This document shows, in pieces, positions 38,092 to 48,164 of a stretch of 64,000 nt of DNA. Source of the stretch: Blastocatellia bacterium (GTDB taxonomy: Bacteria > Acidobacteriota > Blastocatellia > UBA7656); assembly GCA_963765495.1 (NCBI GenBank), contig CAVXWP010000001.1:320001-384000 (forward strand), in the 5' to 3' direction. A program made the position numbers and the translations under genes. The notes under the pieces are model-generated. The model was not told the DNA's origin. It saw nothing but the letters and a program-made list of their open reading frames with translations, and did no database searches. Within the stretch, counting starts at the first letter, position 1. Every line of letters begins with the position of its first letter.

Positions 38092-38178
38092 AGACAGGAT
38101 TTACGAGATTTCAAAGGATTGACAGGATTAAGAAAAAATCCTGGTCAATCCATCGGAATCCCGTAAATCCTGTCTTCA
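38089..38178. repeat. ACAGGAT palindromic element, copy 2; its termini are the ispH and cphA stop codons
   Basis: TGAAGACAGGATTTACG (38089-38105) and CGTAAATCCTGTCTTCA (38162-38178) form a perfect 17-bp inverted repeat. Confidence 0.85.
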
Positions 38179-40797
38179 AACGCCCGCCGCGCCCGCCCGC
38201 TCGTCGCGGAATTTTATTATCTGCTCGAAGGTGCGTTTTATGTCATCTGCGGTGATGACGATCAAATCATCCCTGACCGCCTGTTGCAAAGCATAGGCTA
38301 CGGCCCGCTGCTCATCCGTGATTATTTCAATCGCTTCGGCCTTGAGCCCTTCGGCCATCGCTCCGCGCTTGAGCAACTCTGCGGCTTCGCCGTCGGGGCG
38401 ACCTCGTCGGTCGTCGTCTTCTTTTATGATGAGCCTGTCGAAGGCCGTGCCTGCGATCCTTCCCATAGTTTCGATGTCCTGATCGCGTCTGTCGCCCGGA
38501 GCCGCGACCACTCCTATGCGGCGGTCCACGTTCAACTTTTGAATAAAAGTGGCCACGTTGCGATAGGCTGCCGGGTTGTGCGCGTAATCGAGCAATACAT
38601 GAAAATCGCCTATACGCTCCAGATTGAGCCTTCCGGGCGAGAGATAAAAGTGCGTGCCGAAGGTCTTCAGACCCGCCCGTATATCATCAATCTTCACATC
38701 CGATAGATGGGCCGCGAGCGCCGCCGCCATAGCGTTTGCCACGTTGAAGAGTGCGCGCCCGTTAAAAGTGGCCGGGATTGAATTCAGGTTCATCACGGGT
38801 ATTTCCTGCGGCCCGCGCCTTATGATGATCGAGTGATCGACGAGTGCCGCGCCTATGCCTCCCTGCTCTATGTGATTGCGCCACACCTCGTTTTCGACAT
38901 CGAGCGTGAAATAGCAGACCTGCCCTCCCGCCTTTTCGGCTACGGCCACAAGCTGCGGGTCTTCGGCGTTTAGTATCGAATAGCCTTCGGGGCGGACGAT
39001 TTCAGTCACTATTGATTTGACATAGGCGAGGTCTTCGAGAGTTTCGATGCCGCGCATGCCTAGGTGATCTTCCGAGACGTTTGTGATGATGCCTATGTCG
39101 CAGGCATCAAACCCGAGCCCTGCGCGCAGTATTCCGCCTCGCGCCGTTTCCAGAACGGCGAAATCCACGGTCGGGTCTCTGAGCGCCATCTGAGCCGACC
39201 AGGGGCCGGTCAGATCGCCTTGCAGCAATCGCTTCCCGTCTATGTACATTCCGTCGGTGGTAGTAAGGCCGACTTTTTTCCCCGCCATCTTCAGTATGTG
39301 CGCGAGCATTCTTGAGGTCGTCGTCTTGCCGTTTGTCCCGGTGATTGCGACTACGGGTATGCGGCTTGGCGAGCCTTCGGGAAAGAGCATCTCAAGCATT
39401 GCCCCGGCCACATCGCGCGGCTTCCCTTCGGTCGGGTGAACGTGCATGCGAAAACCCGGCGCTGCGTTGATCTCGCATATAGCGCCGCGCGTCTCTTCGA
39501 GCGGGCGCGTTATGTCTGTTGTCAGCATATCGACTCCGGCCACATCAAGCCCTATGATGCGCGCCGCGCGCCTTGCGGTTTCTATATTGGCATAGTGGAT
39601 TTCGTCGGTGCGGTCGATGGCCGTGCCGCCCGTGCTGATGTTTGCCGTAAGCTTCAGCCATACTCTTTTGCCCGCTTCGGGAACTGAATCCACAGTGTAG
39701 TTCTGCTCGGCGATCAGTCTTTCGGATTCTTCATTGATAAAGATTTTAGTCAGAGGCTTTTCGTGCCCTTCGCCGCGCATAGGATTTTTGTTCTCTTCGT
39801 CCAAAAGCTCTTGAATCGTATGCGTGCCGTCGCCCGTGACGTGCGCGGGCAATCGCTCGGCCACGGCCACTACCTCGCCGTTTATTACAAGCACGCGGTG
39901 GTCGCGCCCTTCGATAAAGCGCTCGATGATAATGTCATCCGAATAATCGAGCGCGCGCTCGAATGCCTGTCTCACTTCGTCTTCGGAGTTCAGGTTGATG
40001 GCTACGCCCTTGCCGTGATTGGCATTGAGCGGTTTTACGACCACGGGAAAGCCTATATCGCGGGCCGTTTCCACCGCGTCTTCAACCGCGCTTACTGTGC
40101 GGCCACGCGGAACAGGGACGCCCGCGTCATCGAGCATCTTCTTGGTCAGTTCTTTGTTACAGGCGATGTCGGTAGCGATCAAACTGGTCTTTGATGTGAC
40201 GGTAGCTTCTATGCGCTGCTGATATATTCCATAGCCGAGTTGAACCAGATTTCGATTGTTCAATCGAAGTATTGGAATGTCTCTCTCTTTCGCTTTATCG
40301 ATGATGGCCTGTGTGCTTGGCCCGTAAGCCACGCGGTCGAGTATGCGGCTGAGCGAGGCGAGTTCCTCCGCATAGTCGAGCGGCTTATCATAAGCCAGAT
40401 GCTCGACTATTCTGATCGCAGCACGCCCGGCTTCAAGCCCGACTTCTTCTTCGATATAGGAATAGATGACGTTATAGACGCCCGTCTCTCCGGTCGAGCG
40501 CGATTTGCCGTAGCCGACAGGCGTGCCCACCAGACATTGCAATTCGAGCGCGATGTGTTCGACTATGTGCCCGGCCCACGTGCCGTCTTTCAGCCGGGAT
40601 ATGAATCCGCCCGGCACGCCCTCCGAGCATCGGTGCTCGTAAAGCGAGGGGATCATCTCTATAAGGCGATCTGTGAAATTGTCTATCTTGTTCGAAGGCC
40701 GCTCTTCAAGGTCTTCGATGTCGAGCACTATTCTGATCACAGGGCGCAGGCTGTAAGTGTTCGGCCCGCGAAAGACCTGAGTCTCAAGTATTTTCAT
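38176..40797 (-). CDS. cphA: Cyanophycin synthetase (CphA1)
   Basis: N domain C-x19-H-xx-EH; ATP-grasp (VVKPLNANHGKGV, EINAAPG); Mur-ligase domain (TGTNGKTT, ETARGG, DYAHN). Confidence 0.95.
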   Translation of the reverse strand: MKILETQVFRGPNTYSLRPVIRIVLDIEDLEERPSNKIDNFTDRLIEMIPSLYEHRCSEGVPGGFISRLKDGTWAGHIVEHIALELQCLVGTPVGYGKSRSTGETGVYNVIYSYIEEEVGLEAGRAAIRIVEHLAYDKPLDYAEELASLSRILDRVAYGPSTQAIIDKAKERDIPILRLNNRNLVQLGYGIYQQRIEATVTSKTSLIATDIACNKELTKKMLDDAGVPVPRGRTVSAVEDAVETARDIGFPVVVKPLNANHGKGVAINLNSEDEVRQAFERALDYSDDIIIERFIEGRDHRVLVINGEVVAVAERLPAHVTGDGTHTIQELLDEENKNPMRGEGHEKPLTKIFINEESERLIAEQNYTVDSVPEAGKRVWLKLTANISTGGTAIDRTDEIHYANIETARRAARIIGLDVAGVDMLTTDITRPLEETRGAICEINAAPGFRMHVHPTEGKPRDVAGAMLEMLFPEGSPSRIPVVAITGTNGKTTTSRMLAHILKMAGKKVGLTTTDGMYIDGKRLLQGDLTGPWSAQMALRDPTVDFAVLETARGGILRAGLGFDACDIGIITNVSEDHLGMRGIETLEDLAYVKSIVTEIVRPEGYSILNAEDPQLVAVAEKAGGQVCYFTLDVENEVWRNHIEQGGIGAALVDHSIIIRRGPQEIPVMNLNSIPATFNGRALFNVANAMAAALAAHLSDVKIDDIRAGLKTFGTHFYLSPGRLNLERIGDFHVLLDYAHNPAAYRNVATFIQKLNVDRRIGVVAAPGDRRDQDIETMGRIAGTAFDRLIIKEDDDRRGRPDGEAAELLKRGAMAEGLKAEAIEIITDEQRAVAYALQQAVRDDLIVITADDIKRTFEQIIKFRDERAGAAGV

Positions 40798-40801
40798 GCT
40801 G

Positions 40802-41623
40802 TCACTCCTCAGAGATAACCGCGCGCTTTTTCAAATCGAACTGGCCGCCATGCACAAGCATGTGAAGCGTCAGGTTTGTAAAGGCCAGAGGCGTTCCATC
40901 AGGCGTAGTCGCCGGATTGGCCGATTGCATGTTCGTGCTGTCAACTACGGTCACAGTGCCCCGTCCGAGGACTTTCAGCCGGGCATCGGGAGTGACGACT
41001 GCCGCCGTGTCTTCGTCAACGCCTATGCCGAGCATAGCGGGAAAAGACATCACGGCGGTTATCAAGCGTCCGATGCGGTTGCGCTGATGAAAGTGCTGAT
41101 CGACAAGCAGAGACCGGGTCAGCCCGAGACCAGTTGAGAGTTTAACCATGCCGCTGCGGGGAAAACTGCCGCGCACGCCGCCTCCGATCATCGGATTGCT
41201 GACGGCGGCTGCGCCCGCGCTTGTGCCCGCGACGGTCGCTCCTTTTTCAAAGGCCGACAGTATGGCGCGAAGCGAAGCCGTGCCGTGAAGGACAGAGACT
41301 ATTTTATTTTGATCTCCCCCGGTAAGAAAGATGCCGCGCGCTCGGGCAAGGTCTCTGGCCACGTCGGGCAAATCGGCGTCTTCGCGTTTAAAGAGCGGCA
41401 GCACCTGTACCGATTGCGCTCCGAGGTCCGTAAAGATTTGCTGATAGATCGCTCCGCTCTCTTCGCTTTCAGAGGCCGAAGGCAGAATGGCGAGCCGCGC
41501 GCGTCTGCCGCCGCAATAATCAAAGAAGCTTCTGAGAATAAACTTCTGCTCGAATTTGTCTTCCGCGCCCCCGATCAACATCAACTTCCCCTGCCGGGAG
41601 ACTGCCGCTTTTGCTCTGGCCAT
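40802..41623 (-). CDS. cphB: Cyanophycinase (S51)
   Basis: IGGAEDK, TGGDQ, GTSAGA, DQHFHQRNRIGRL and GVDEDTA motifs; 4 nt from cphA. Confidence 0.93.
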   Translation of the reverse strand: MARAKAAVSRQGKLMLIGGAEDKFEQKFILRSFFDYCGGRRARLAILPSASESEESGAIYQQIFTDLGAQSVQVLPLFKREDADLPDVARDLARARGIFLTGGDQNKIVSVLHGTASLRAILSAFEKGATVAGTSAGAAAVSNPMIGGGVRGSFPRSGMVKLSTGLGLTRSLLVDQHFHQRNRIGRLITAVMSFPAMLGIGVDEDTAAVVTPDARLKVLGRGTVTVVDSTNMQSANPATTPDGTPLAFTNLTLHMLVHGGQFDLKKRAVISEE

Positions 41624-41632
41624 ATTCAACTC

Positions 41633-41717
41633 TGATGCGTGATGCGTAATAGGACAGGTTTACAGGTTGTGTTTTACAGACAAGCCCCTGAGAACCACGC
41701 GTCACACCTTACGCATC
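41633..41717. repeat. 7-nt TGCGTGA family element (degenerate)
   Basis: tgatgcgtgatgcgtaa...cacgcgtcacaccttacgcatc. Confidence 0.6.
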
Positions 41718-41928
41718 GCTTTCCTTTTCCACCTCTTGCGACCTGAAACATTAGCCGTTAATTGCAAGGGTTATCAAGTGGCAATACGATATGCCATCGA
41801 GCCCGAGCGCAATTCGAGGTTCAAAAACGATTCGTCAACCGCTATACTTTATTGCCTGTCAAAAACCTGCCCGCACAAGTTGTAGCATCGTTGCAGCATC
41901 GAGGTGGGAATAACGTATCGGAGGCCCT

Positions 41929-43095
41929 ATGTTTTCTCGACGTTGGTTTATTGGCGTCGCATCTTTATCTCTCACAGTCTCCCTCGTTACGCTCGCCGTG
42001 ATTGAGGGCAGAAAAATATATTCGGTAAAGAATGCGCCCGAAGTTTTGATTCAGGTAGCCGAGGCCGATTCTCTGCAATCTCAATCGCAGAAGACTCCCC
42101 AAAAGCCCGCCACAGAGGATGCAGACGAGATCACTTTTGCAGCGGTCGGAGATGTGATGCTCGGGTCCACGTGGCCGGATGATTCGGGGCTGCCTCCCGA
42201 AGACGGGGCTTATCTGCTCAAGGAAGTCGAGCCGATTTTGCAGGCCGCAGATGTAACGTTCGGCAATCTCGAAGGGCCCATGCTTGAGGGCGGAGTTTCT
42301 GAAAAATGCCCGCCCGATAAATTGAATTGCTATGCTTTCCGCGTGCCGACCCGGTACGGCCGATACCTGAAAGAGGCCGGGTTCGATGTAATGAGCCTGG
42401 CAAACAATCACGCGCTCGATTTCGGCGGCCAGGGTCGCGCAAGCTCAAAGCGCACGCTTGATTCCTTAGGTATAGAGCATTCCGGCGATATAGGCGATAT
42501 CGCCCACCTCACGGTAAAAGGGAAGAAGATCGCGCTCATCGCCTTTGCCACTTATCCGCATTCATACAACCTGAACAATCTGGATGAGGCCCGCCGTGTT
42601 GTTGCGAGTCTTGCGGCATCGAATGATCTGGTCGTCGTCTCGTTTCACGGCGGCGCGGAGGGAGCTACGCGCCAGCGTGTGCCGCAAGGAGCGGAAATAT
42701 TTTTCAGCGAGAATCGCGGCGACCTTCGCTCGTTTTCTCACGCGATGATAGACGCGGGCGCGGCGCTTGTGATCGGGCACGGGCCTCACGTGGTGCGCGG
42801 GATGGAGGTCTATAAGAAACATTTGATCGCTTATTCGCTCGGAAATTTTGCCACCTATGGACGGTTCAACCTTTCGGGGCCGCTAGGGTTGTCGCTTATC
42901 CTGACGGCGCGGCTTGGGAAGGATGGTTCGTTTCTGGGCGGGAGTGTTGAGCCCGTCAAGCAAGTCAAACCCGGCGGCCCGCGTCTCGATCCTCGCGGAG
43001 AGATCATCCCCGTTTTAAGGCAACTTTCAAGCGGGGACTTTGGCGCAAATGCCGTCCGCGTGGGCGAGGATGGAAGACTTTCGCCTCCCTTATAA
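41929..43095 (+). CDS. CapA/PgsA-family metallophosphoesterase-fold protein
   Basis: VGDVML, GNLEG, ANNHALD, SFHGG, GHGPHV and YSLGNF motifs. Confidence 0.9.
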   Translation: MFSRRWFIGVASLSLTVSLVTLAVIEGRKIYSVKNAPEVLIQVAEADSLQSQSQKTPQKPATEDADEITFAAVGDVMLGSTWPDDSGLPPEDGAYLLKEVEPILQAADVTFGNLEGPMLEGGVSEKCPPDKLNCYAFRVPTRYGRYLKEAGFDVMSLANNHALDFGGQGRASSKRTLDSLGIEHSGDIGDIAHLTVKGKKIALIAFATYPHSYNLNNLDEARRVVASLAASNDLVVVSFHGGAEGATRQRVPQGAEIFFSENRGDLRSFSHAMIDAGAALVIGHGPHVVRGMEVYKKHLIAYSLGNFATYGRFNLSGPLGLSLILTARLGKDGSFLGGSVEPVKQVKPGGPRLDPRGEIIPVLRQLSSGDFGANAVRVGEDGRLSPPL

Positions 43096-43199
43096 GCCTG
43101 CCGCGCGCGATTCGTCTTTCATAATTTCCCGCCTACTTTTCGAAAAACCGATGCAAGCGGTTTGAAACTTCTCGACCCGCAATCTATTCTGTTCAGGTT

Positions 43200-43787
43200 A
43201 TGCCTACGCGAACAGATGCCTGGAACCTGCTGTGCGAATATACAAAAGGCGATTCGCTCAGAAAGCATGCCCTGGCGGTGGAAGCCGTCATGAAGGCTTA
43301 TGCCGGAAAGCTGGGCGAAGACGAGGAGAAGTGGGGGATGGTGGGATTGCTCCACGACTTCGATTACGAGATGTATCCCAACCCGCCCGACCATCCTCTG
43401 AAAGGCTCGGAAATCCTCGGGGAGCGCGGCTACAGCGAAGAACTGCGCCGCGCAATTCTCGGCCACGCCAACTACACGGGCGTAGCGCGCGACACGCTGC
43501 TTGCGAAGGCGCTTTATGCCTGCGATGAATTGACTGGTTTCGTCGTGGCGTGCGCGCTTGTACGGCCAAACGGCATCTGGGACCTTGAGGCAAAATCGGT
43601 CAAAAAGAAGCTGAAGGATAAGGCGTTTGCCCGCACCGTGAATCGAGATGAAGTCTATGAAGGTGCCGAGGAATTTTCGATAGACCTCGGCGTGCATATA
43701 GACTTTATCATCGCTGCCCTGCGCGATGTGGCCGCACGCGTTGGTCTGAAGCCGCGCGCTGACAATCAGGGCGACCAGCAATCTTAG
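43200..43787 (+). CDS. HD(IG)-domain phosphohydrolase
   Basis: KHALAV, LLHDFD, H and DELTG motifs; FARTVNR. Confidence 0.88.
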   Translation: MPTRTDAWNLLCEYTKGDSLRKHALAVEAVMKAYAGKLGEDEEKWGMVGLLHDFDYEMYPNPPDHPLKGSEILGERGYSEELRRAILGHANYTGVARDTLLAKALYACDELTGFVVACALVRPNGIWDLEAKSVKKKLKDKAFARTVNRDEVYEGAEEFSIDLGVHIDFIIAALRDVAARVGLKPRADNQGDQQS

Positions 43788-43799
43788 CTCACTTACAGG

Positions 43800-43879
43800 G
43801 GATTTGAGATCTGAAATTTGAGATTTGAGAAATCTGAAATCCCGGATTTCAAATCTCAAATCTCAGTTCTCAAATCTCT
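43800..43879. repeat. Large 7-nt ATTTGAG/ATCTCAA palindromic element
   Basis: gatttgagatctgaaatttgagatttgagaaatctgaaat...atttcaaatctcaaatctcagttctcaaatc. Confidence 0.85.
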
Positions 43880-43904
43880 AGCCAGCAGGCGACGATCCGG
43901 CTCA

Positions 43905-45761
43905 ATGAAATCAAGTCCTATCACCAGAAGTCGCTCGATCATCACAATACTCGTCCTCGCGAGCATCGCAGGCCCTTTCCCCGCCCGGAGCCTCGCCTTT
44001 CAAACTCTAACTTCTCAAACTCTATTTACTTCTCAAACCCTGACCCGTCCTTACGAACCGACGAGCGATGTCTCGGCTCGACTGGCACGCGAAACCTCGT
44101 CGCGTGCCGAAGAGTTGCGGCGCAGATGGGACCTCGATGGCGCGCAGGCGGCTTTTCGCAAAGCCGTCTCTGCCGACCCTTCCAGTCTTGATGCACTGCT
44201 TGGACTCGCAAAAATAGCGCGGGTCAGATTCCACTACGCCGAAGCTCTCCGCCTGCTCGGACGGGCGGCCAGGACTCATTCCGATTCTGCTGATTTGTCG
44301 GCCGAGTATGGAGCGCTTTACCTTGCCGCGGAAGATGTAGAGCGAGCGCGCCGGTATATGGATCAGGCGTTGAAGATAGATGAATCCTGTCAGGCAGCGA
44401 TCATAGGGCGCGCGGCGGTTGATCTTCTCGAACGCGATTACGCGAGCGCGGAAACGCGGCTGCGCAATTACATCGCCCACAACCCTGAATCGAGCGGCGC
44501 AAACTCTTTGCTTGCGCGCGTGCTGCTTGAAAATGACAAGAACGCGGAAGCGGCGGCTAAGGCTGAGCGCGGGGTTGCGCTCGACCCGTTCAATACGGAT
44601 GCCCTGTATCTGCTCGCCTTTGCAAAGGCGACCGATCACAAGACGGATGAAGTGCGCGAGCTTGCCCGCCGCGCGATCAGTCTCGATCCGCTAAACATCG
44701 GAGCGCGGCGGCTGCTCTCGCAGTATGTGGACGGGCGAGCGGGCTATAATCAGAAAGTCTCGATAGAAGCGAGCAGACGCTATGAACAGGGTAAGGCGCT
44801 CAAACGGGCAGGGAGGCTTGAAGAGGCCGTTTCGCAGTTTGAATTGGCGCTAAGTCTTGAGCCTCGCTACTATCGTGCATTGCTCGCGCTCGGAGACATC
44901 TGGTTGAGAGAGGGCGATTACGAGCGAGCGGCGATGGCTGCGCGGCTGGCAATCGAATCCGACGGGGATGGGGCGCTCGCGCACTCGGAATTGAGTTACG
45001 CCTGTTTAGGAATGCAGGAAAGAGCGCGCATCGAAATAGGCGCTTCGGATTTCGCGGCGCTCTATTACGAAGAGCCCGCCGCGCCCAGATACGAACTGAC
45101 CGATGAGATATTTCCAAACTACAAGACGCTCTCTCGCCGCCAGCAGAGAGTCATTGATCGAGCGGTGGCTCCCCTTGCCGAGTTCCTGCCAAAGCTCGCC
45201 GAAAAGGGGGCGCGTCATTACCTGCTGCCTTTTGATGAGCGCGTGAGCGAGATCAAGGGGTTTGACGATATAGTCGATGACAAGACATTCGACGGGCGCT
45301 TTTATGCAAGCATTCGCGGAGTGGGCGGACGCATAACGGTCTCCGGTATAGAGTATATCGAGATGGCTTCACACGGTGGGTTCAACACAATCGCGCACGA
45401 ATTCGCGCATCAGGTCCACATGACAGCCATGACCGAAGAGGATGTCAAGGAGGTGCGAAAGCTCTATAAGAAAGCTACAAAATCGGGTCTTGCGCTCGAT
45501 TATTACGCCGCTTCAAACGAGTATGAATATTTCGCTCAAGGCTATGAAGCCTTCATCTCAGAGCGCAAGCGACCATCGGCGGGCATAACCGCGCGGCACA
45601 CCCGCCGAGAGTTGATGATGCGCGACCCGGACCTCTATCTCTTTCTGGAAAAGCTGACAACCAGGTCGCGTGCTGCCCCGTCAGGTACAGGTAAGTTCGG
45701 TTACGCGCCCTTCGTAAGGATCGAGCCGGTGGTGAATCGGGTGCCGGGCGAGCAGGGCTGA
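43905..45761 (+). CDS. Secreted TPR protein with C-terminal HEXXH zinc-peptidase domain
   Basis: Signal-like N-terminus; many TPRs; IAHEFAHQ...YAASNEYEYFAQGYEAF. Confidence 0.8.
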   Translation: MKSSPITRSRSIITILVLASIAGPFPARSLAFQTLTSQTLFTSQTLTRPYEPTSDVSARLARETSSRAEELRRRWDLDGAQAAFRKAVSADPSSLDALLGLAKIARVRFHYAEALRLLGRAARTHSDSADLSAEYGALYLAAEDVERARRYMDQALKIDESCQAAIIGRAAVDLLERDYASAETRLRNYIAHNPESSGANSLLARVLLENDKNAEAAAKAERGVALDPFNTDALYLLAFAKATDHKTDEVRELARRAISLDPLNIGARRLLSQYVDGRAGYNQKVSIEASRRYEQGKALKRAGRLEEAVSQFELALSLEPRYYRALLALGDIWLREGDYERAAMAARLAIESDGDGALAHSELSYACLGMQERARIEIGASDFAALYYEEPAAPRYELTDEIFPNYKTLSRRQQRVIDRAVAPLAEFLPKLAEKGARHYLLPFDERVSEIKGFDDIVDDKTFDGRFYASIRGVGGRITVSGIEYIEMASHGGFNTIAHEFAHQVHMTAMTEEDVKEVRKLYKKATKSGLALDYYAASNEYEYFAQGYEAFISERKRPSAGITARHTRRELMMRDPDLYLFLEKLTTRSRAAPSGTGKFGYAPFVRIEPVVNRVPGEQG

Positions 45762-46016
45762 ACTGTGGGTTCTATCAAGTTCATAAGAGCATTTGAGTTC
45801 TTGAATTTTGAGTCTTTGCTTGACAAGAAATATGGGCGCGTGCGACTATCAGTCTGGAGCTTTTCCTTTGATTGAAGGTCAGCAACTCCAATAGCGCCGT
45901 GTGCATCCTAGAGTTGCAGCAATTTCAAAAAACAGAGGGCGGAGATGCTTGCAGAGCAGTGAAATAGCTATATTTAGCAAGTCATTAGTAAACTAGTTTA
46001 GGAGGGGTATTTTTAA

Positions 46017-47042
46017 ATGAAAAGGTTGTTGATAATGATGGCAGCGTTTGGGCTGATGTTGGCGCTCGTAGCACCCTTTGCCCTGGCGCAAACAGGGGAA
46101 CCCGCTGGGTCACAGCAAGCCGATCAGGATCAGGATAAGCAAAAAGAAGAATATGCAGTTTACAAGAATTGGTATGATGCTAACGCGGCTAAAGATTTTC
46201 CAAAGGCGATGGGATTTGCCAAAGAGTATCTTGAGAAATTCCCCCAGGGCCAGTACGCCGACTACTTGAAAAAGTGGATCCCGCAGGCCCGAATCTTCCT
46301 CTTCAATGAAGCGATAAAATCAAAGAATACCGAAGCGATGCTCAGCATCGCCAAAGAGGCGATAGGGCAGGATTCAAACGATCTGTTTTATCTCTACTGG
46401 ACCGCGGCCAACCTGCGCCAGAACGAGTTGTCGGCATCGTCTCCAAACTATCAACACGCCGATTTGATAGCCGATTATGCTCAACGGGCCATCCCGCTTA
46501 TCGAAGCCGACAATATTCCGACCGGAGTTGATAAGGCCAAGTGGAATAAGAAGGAAGTTCTTGGATATCTCTATGAGACTCAGGCCCTGATCGCAGAGCA
46601 CAACAAGGATACCGACAAAGCGATTGAGTACTACGGCAAGGCCCAGATGTCTGAACCATCCAAGCCCTCCTATTCGTTCAACTGCGGACGTCTGCATCAG
46701 GAGAAATATCTCGCGGCGGTGCAGAAATATCAGGGAATGCCGGAAGAGGATCGAAATGCTCCCGAAGCGGAGATGAAACCCGAAGTCAAGGCTGCGCTCG
46801 AAAACGTAAATAAGCAGGCCGACGGGGTCATCAATTGCTGGGCGCGATTCCTGGCTCAGACGGCTGAAAAAAATCCCTACGGACCTGAGACGCGCTCAAA
46901 GGTAGAGAAGGCGCTCACAGACCTTTACGAATACCGTCATCCGGGACAGCCCGAAGGATTGCAGAAATTGATCGAGCAATATCGCACCGGCAATGCGTCG
47001 GCTACGACCTCAGAATCGAGCACTGCATCCACAAACCTCTAA
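46017..47042 (+). CDS. Secreted alpha-helical (TPR-like) hypothetical protein
   Basis: Signal peptide ending ALA-Q; AGGAGG RBS; TPR-like helices. Confidence 0.75.
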   Translation: MKRLLIMMAAFGLMLALVAPFALAQTGEPAGSQQADQDQDKQKEEYAVYKNWYDANAAKDFPKAMGFAKEYLEKFPQGQYADYLKKWIPQARIFLFNEAIKSKNTEAMLSIAKEAIGQDSNDLFYLYWTAANLRQNELSASSPNYQHADLIADYAQRAIPLIEADNIPTGVDKAKWNKKEVLGYLYETQALIAEHNKDTDKAIEYYGKAQMSEPSKPSYSFNCGRLHQEKYLAAVQKYQGMPEEDRNAPEAEMKPEVKAALENVNKQADGVINCWARFLAQTAEKNPYGPETRSKVEKALTDLYEYRHPGQPEGLQKLIEQYRTGNASATTSESSTASTNL

Positions 47043-47079
47043 CCGCATGCCTGCGGTCGAAGAAGTTCGATTGTGGCTG

Positions 47080-47114
47080 AAAGAGCCGGCCCTCGCTCAG
47101 GGGGTCGGCTCTTT
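47080..47114 (+). terminator. Intrinsic terminator-like hairpin
   Basis: aaagagccggccc...ggggtcggctcttt. Confidence 0.6.
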
Positions 47115-47196
47115 GCCTGTGCGAAGGACCTCAAAAGCCAGCACTTGCCGGCCTCTGTGTGGTATATTGTAAGGGAAACAGACGCACGGGGGGCTT

Positions 47197-48129
47197 ATGA
47201 TTTCACTTGAACGTGAAAAACTGCTTTCAAAGCTTGAACAGATAATAGGCTACTCGTTTCGCTCGCGCGCGTTGCTGGACCGTGCGCTTACGCATCGCTC
47301 CTTTGCCAACGAGCGCGTAGAGCAGAATTGTCGTCACAATGAAGCTCTGGAGTTTCTCGGCGATTCGGTGCTTGGTCTGGTCGTGAGCGCGTGGCTGTTG
47401 CAACGTTTCCCAGATCTGTCGGAAGGAAAACTGTCAAAGATTAAGGCGTATCTGGTGAGCGAACCAAGTCTGGTAGAGCTTGCCGAAGACATAGACCTGG
47501 GCCGTTACATACTGCTCAACCGGGGCGAGGAAAAGACCGGCGGGCGACAAAAAAGAGCGCTTCTGGCCGACTCATATGAAGCCCTGATCAGCGCAATTTA
47601 TATTGACGGCGGGATGGATGTGGTCGAGCGATTTCTTCGTCGTGAGTTGCGTCAGAAGATGGTTTCAATAGACCCGGATGCAATGATCGGACTCGATTAC
47701 AAATCGGCTTTGCAGGAGCGAATACAGGCCGCGGGCGCGTCCGTGCCCCGTTATGAAATAGTTGAGACACTCGGGCCTGATCACCGACGCATATTTCGCG
47801 TCGAGCTTCGTGTTGCCGGATGCCCGCTTGCCACGGGCGAAGGACGCAGCATAAAGCTCGCTCAACAGGAGGCCGCCCGCAGAGCGCTCTGCGCAACCGA
47901 TGTGCTCGACAACTTTATAGCGGAGCGGTTCCAACAGCGGTCCACCGAAACCGATTATGAAGAGAAGCCGGAATCCTTAGAAGAACAAGAAGCAACCGCC
48001 GAAGAGATTGCCGAACAAGACGTGCCAGGAGCAGCCTCTCCGGCAGAAGCTGACCTCGCGGGAGCAGAGATGTCGCTTGAAGGCGAAAGCGAAGCCGAAG
48101 CCTTTGGCGCTGTCGCCAATGATCTTTGA
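47197..48129 (+). CDS. rnc: Ribonuclease III with acidic C-terminal tail
   Basis: ALTHRS, NEALEFLGDSVL and LADSYEA motifs; dsRBD DYKSALQE...AQQEAAR. Confidence 0.95.
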   Translation: MISLEREKLLSKLEQIIGYSFRSRALLDRALTHRSFANERVEQNCRHNEALEFLGDSVLGLVVSAWLLQRFPDLSEGKLSKIKAYLVSEPSLVELAEDIDLGRYILLNRGEEKTGGRQKRALLADSYEALISAIYIDGGMDVVERFLRRELRQKMVSIDPDAMIGLDYKSALQERIQAAGASVPRYEIVETLGPDHRRIFRVELRVAGCPLATGEGRSIKLAQQEAARRALCATDVLDNFIAERFQQRSTETDYEEKPESLEEQEATAEEIAEQDVPGAASPAEADLAGAEMSLEGESEAEAFGAVANDL

Positions 48130-48164
48130 GTGCTTCGGCGCAAAGGATTTGAGATAATCAAACT

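Noticed and set aside
43818-43904. N-terminal extensions in the ORF track (43818, 8442, 49174, 13193, 25275, 32015, 53507, 60667)
   Set aside because: They run through repeats, promoters or neighbouring genes; downstream starts fit RBS and domain boundaries better
45780-46010. Possible structured leader RNA (gcaactc...gagttgc stem)
   Set aside because: Only a short 7-bp stem and no recognisable RNA family; insufficient support
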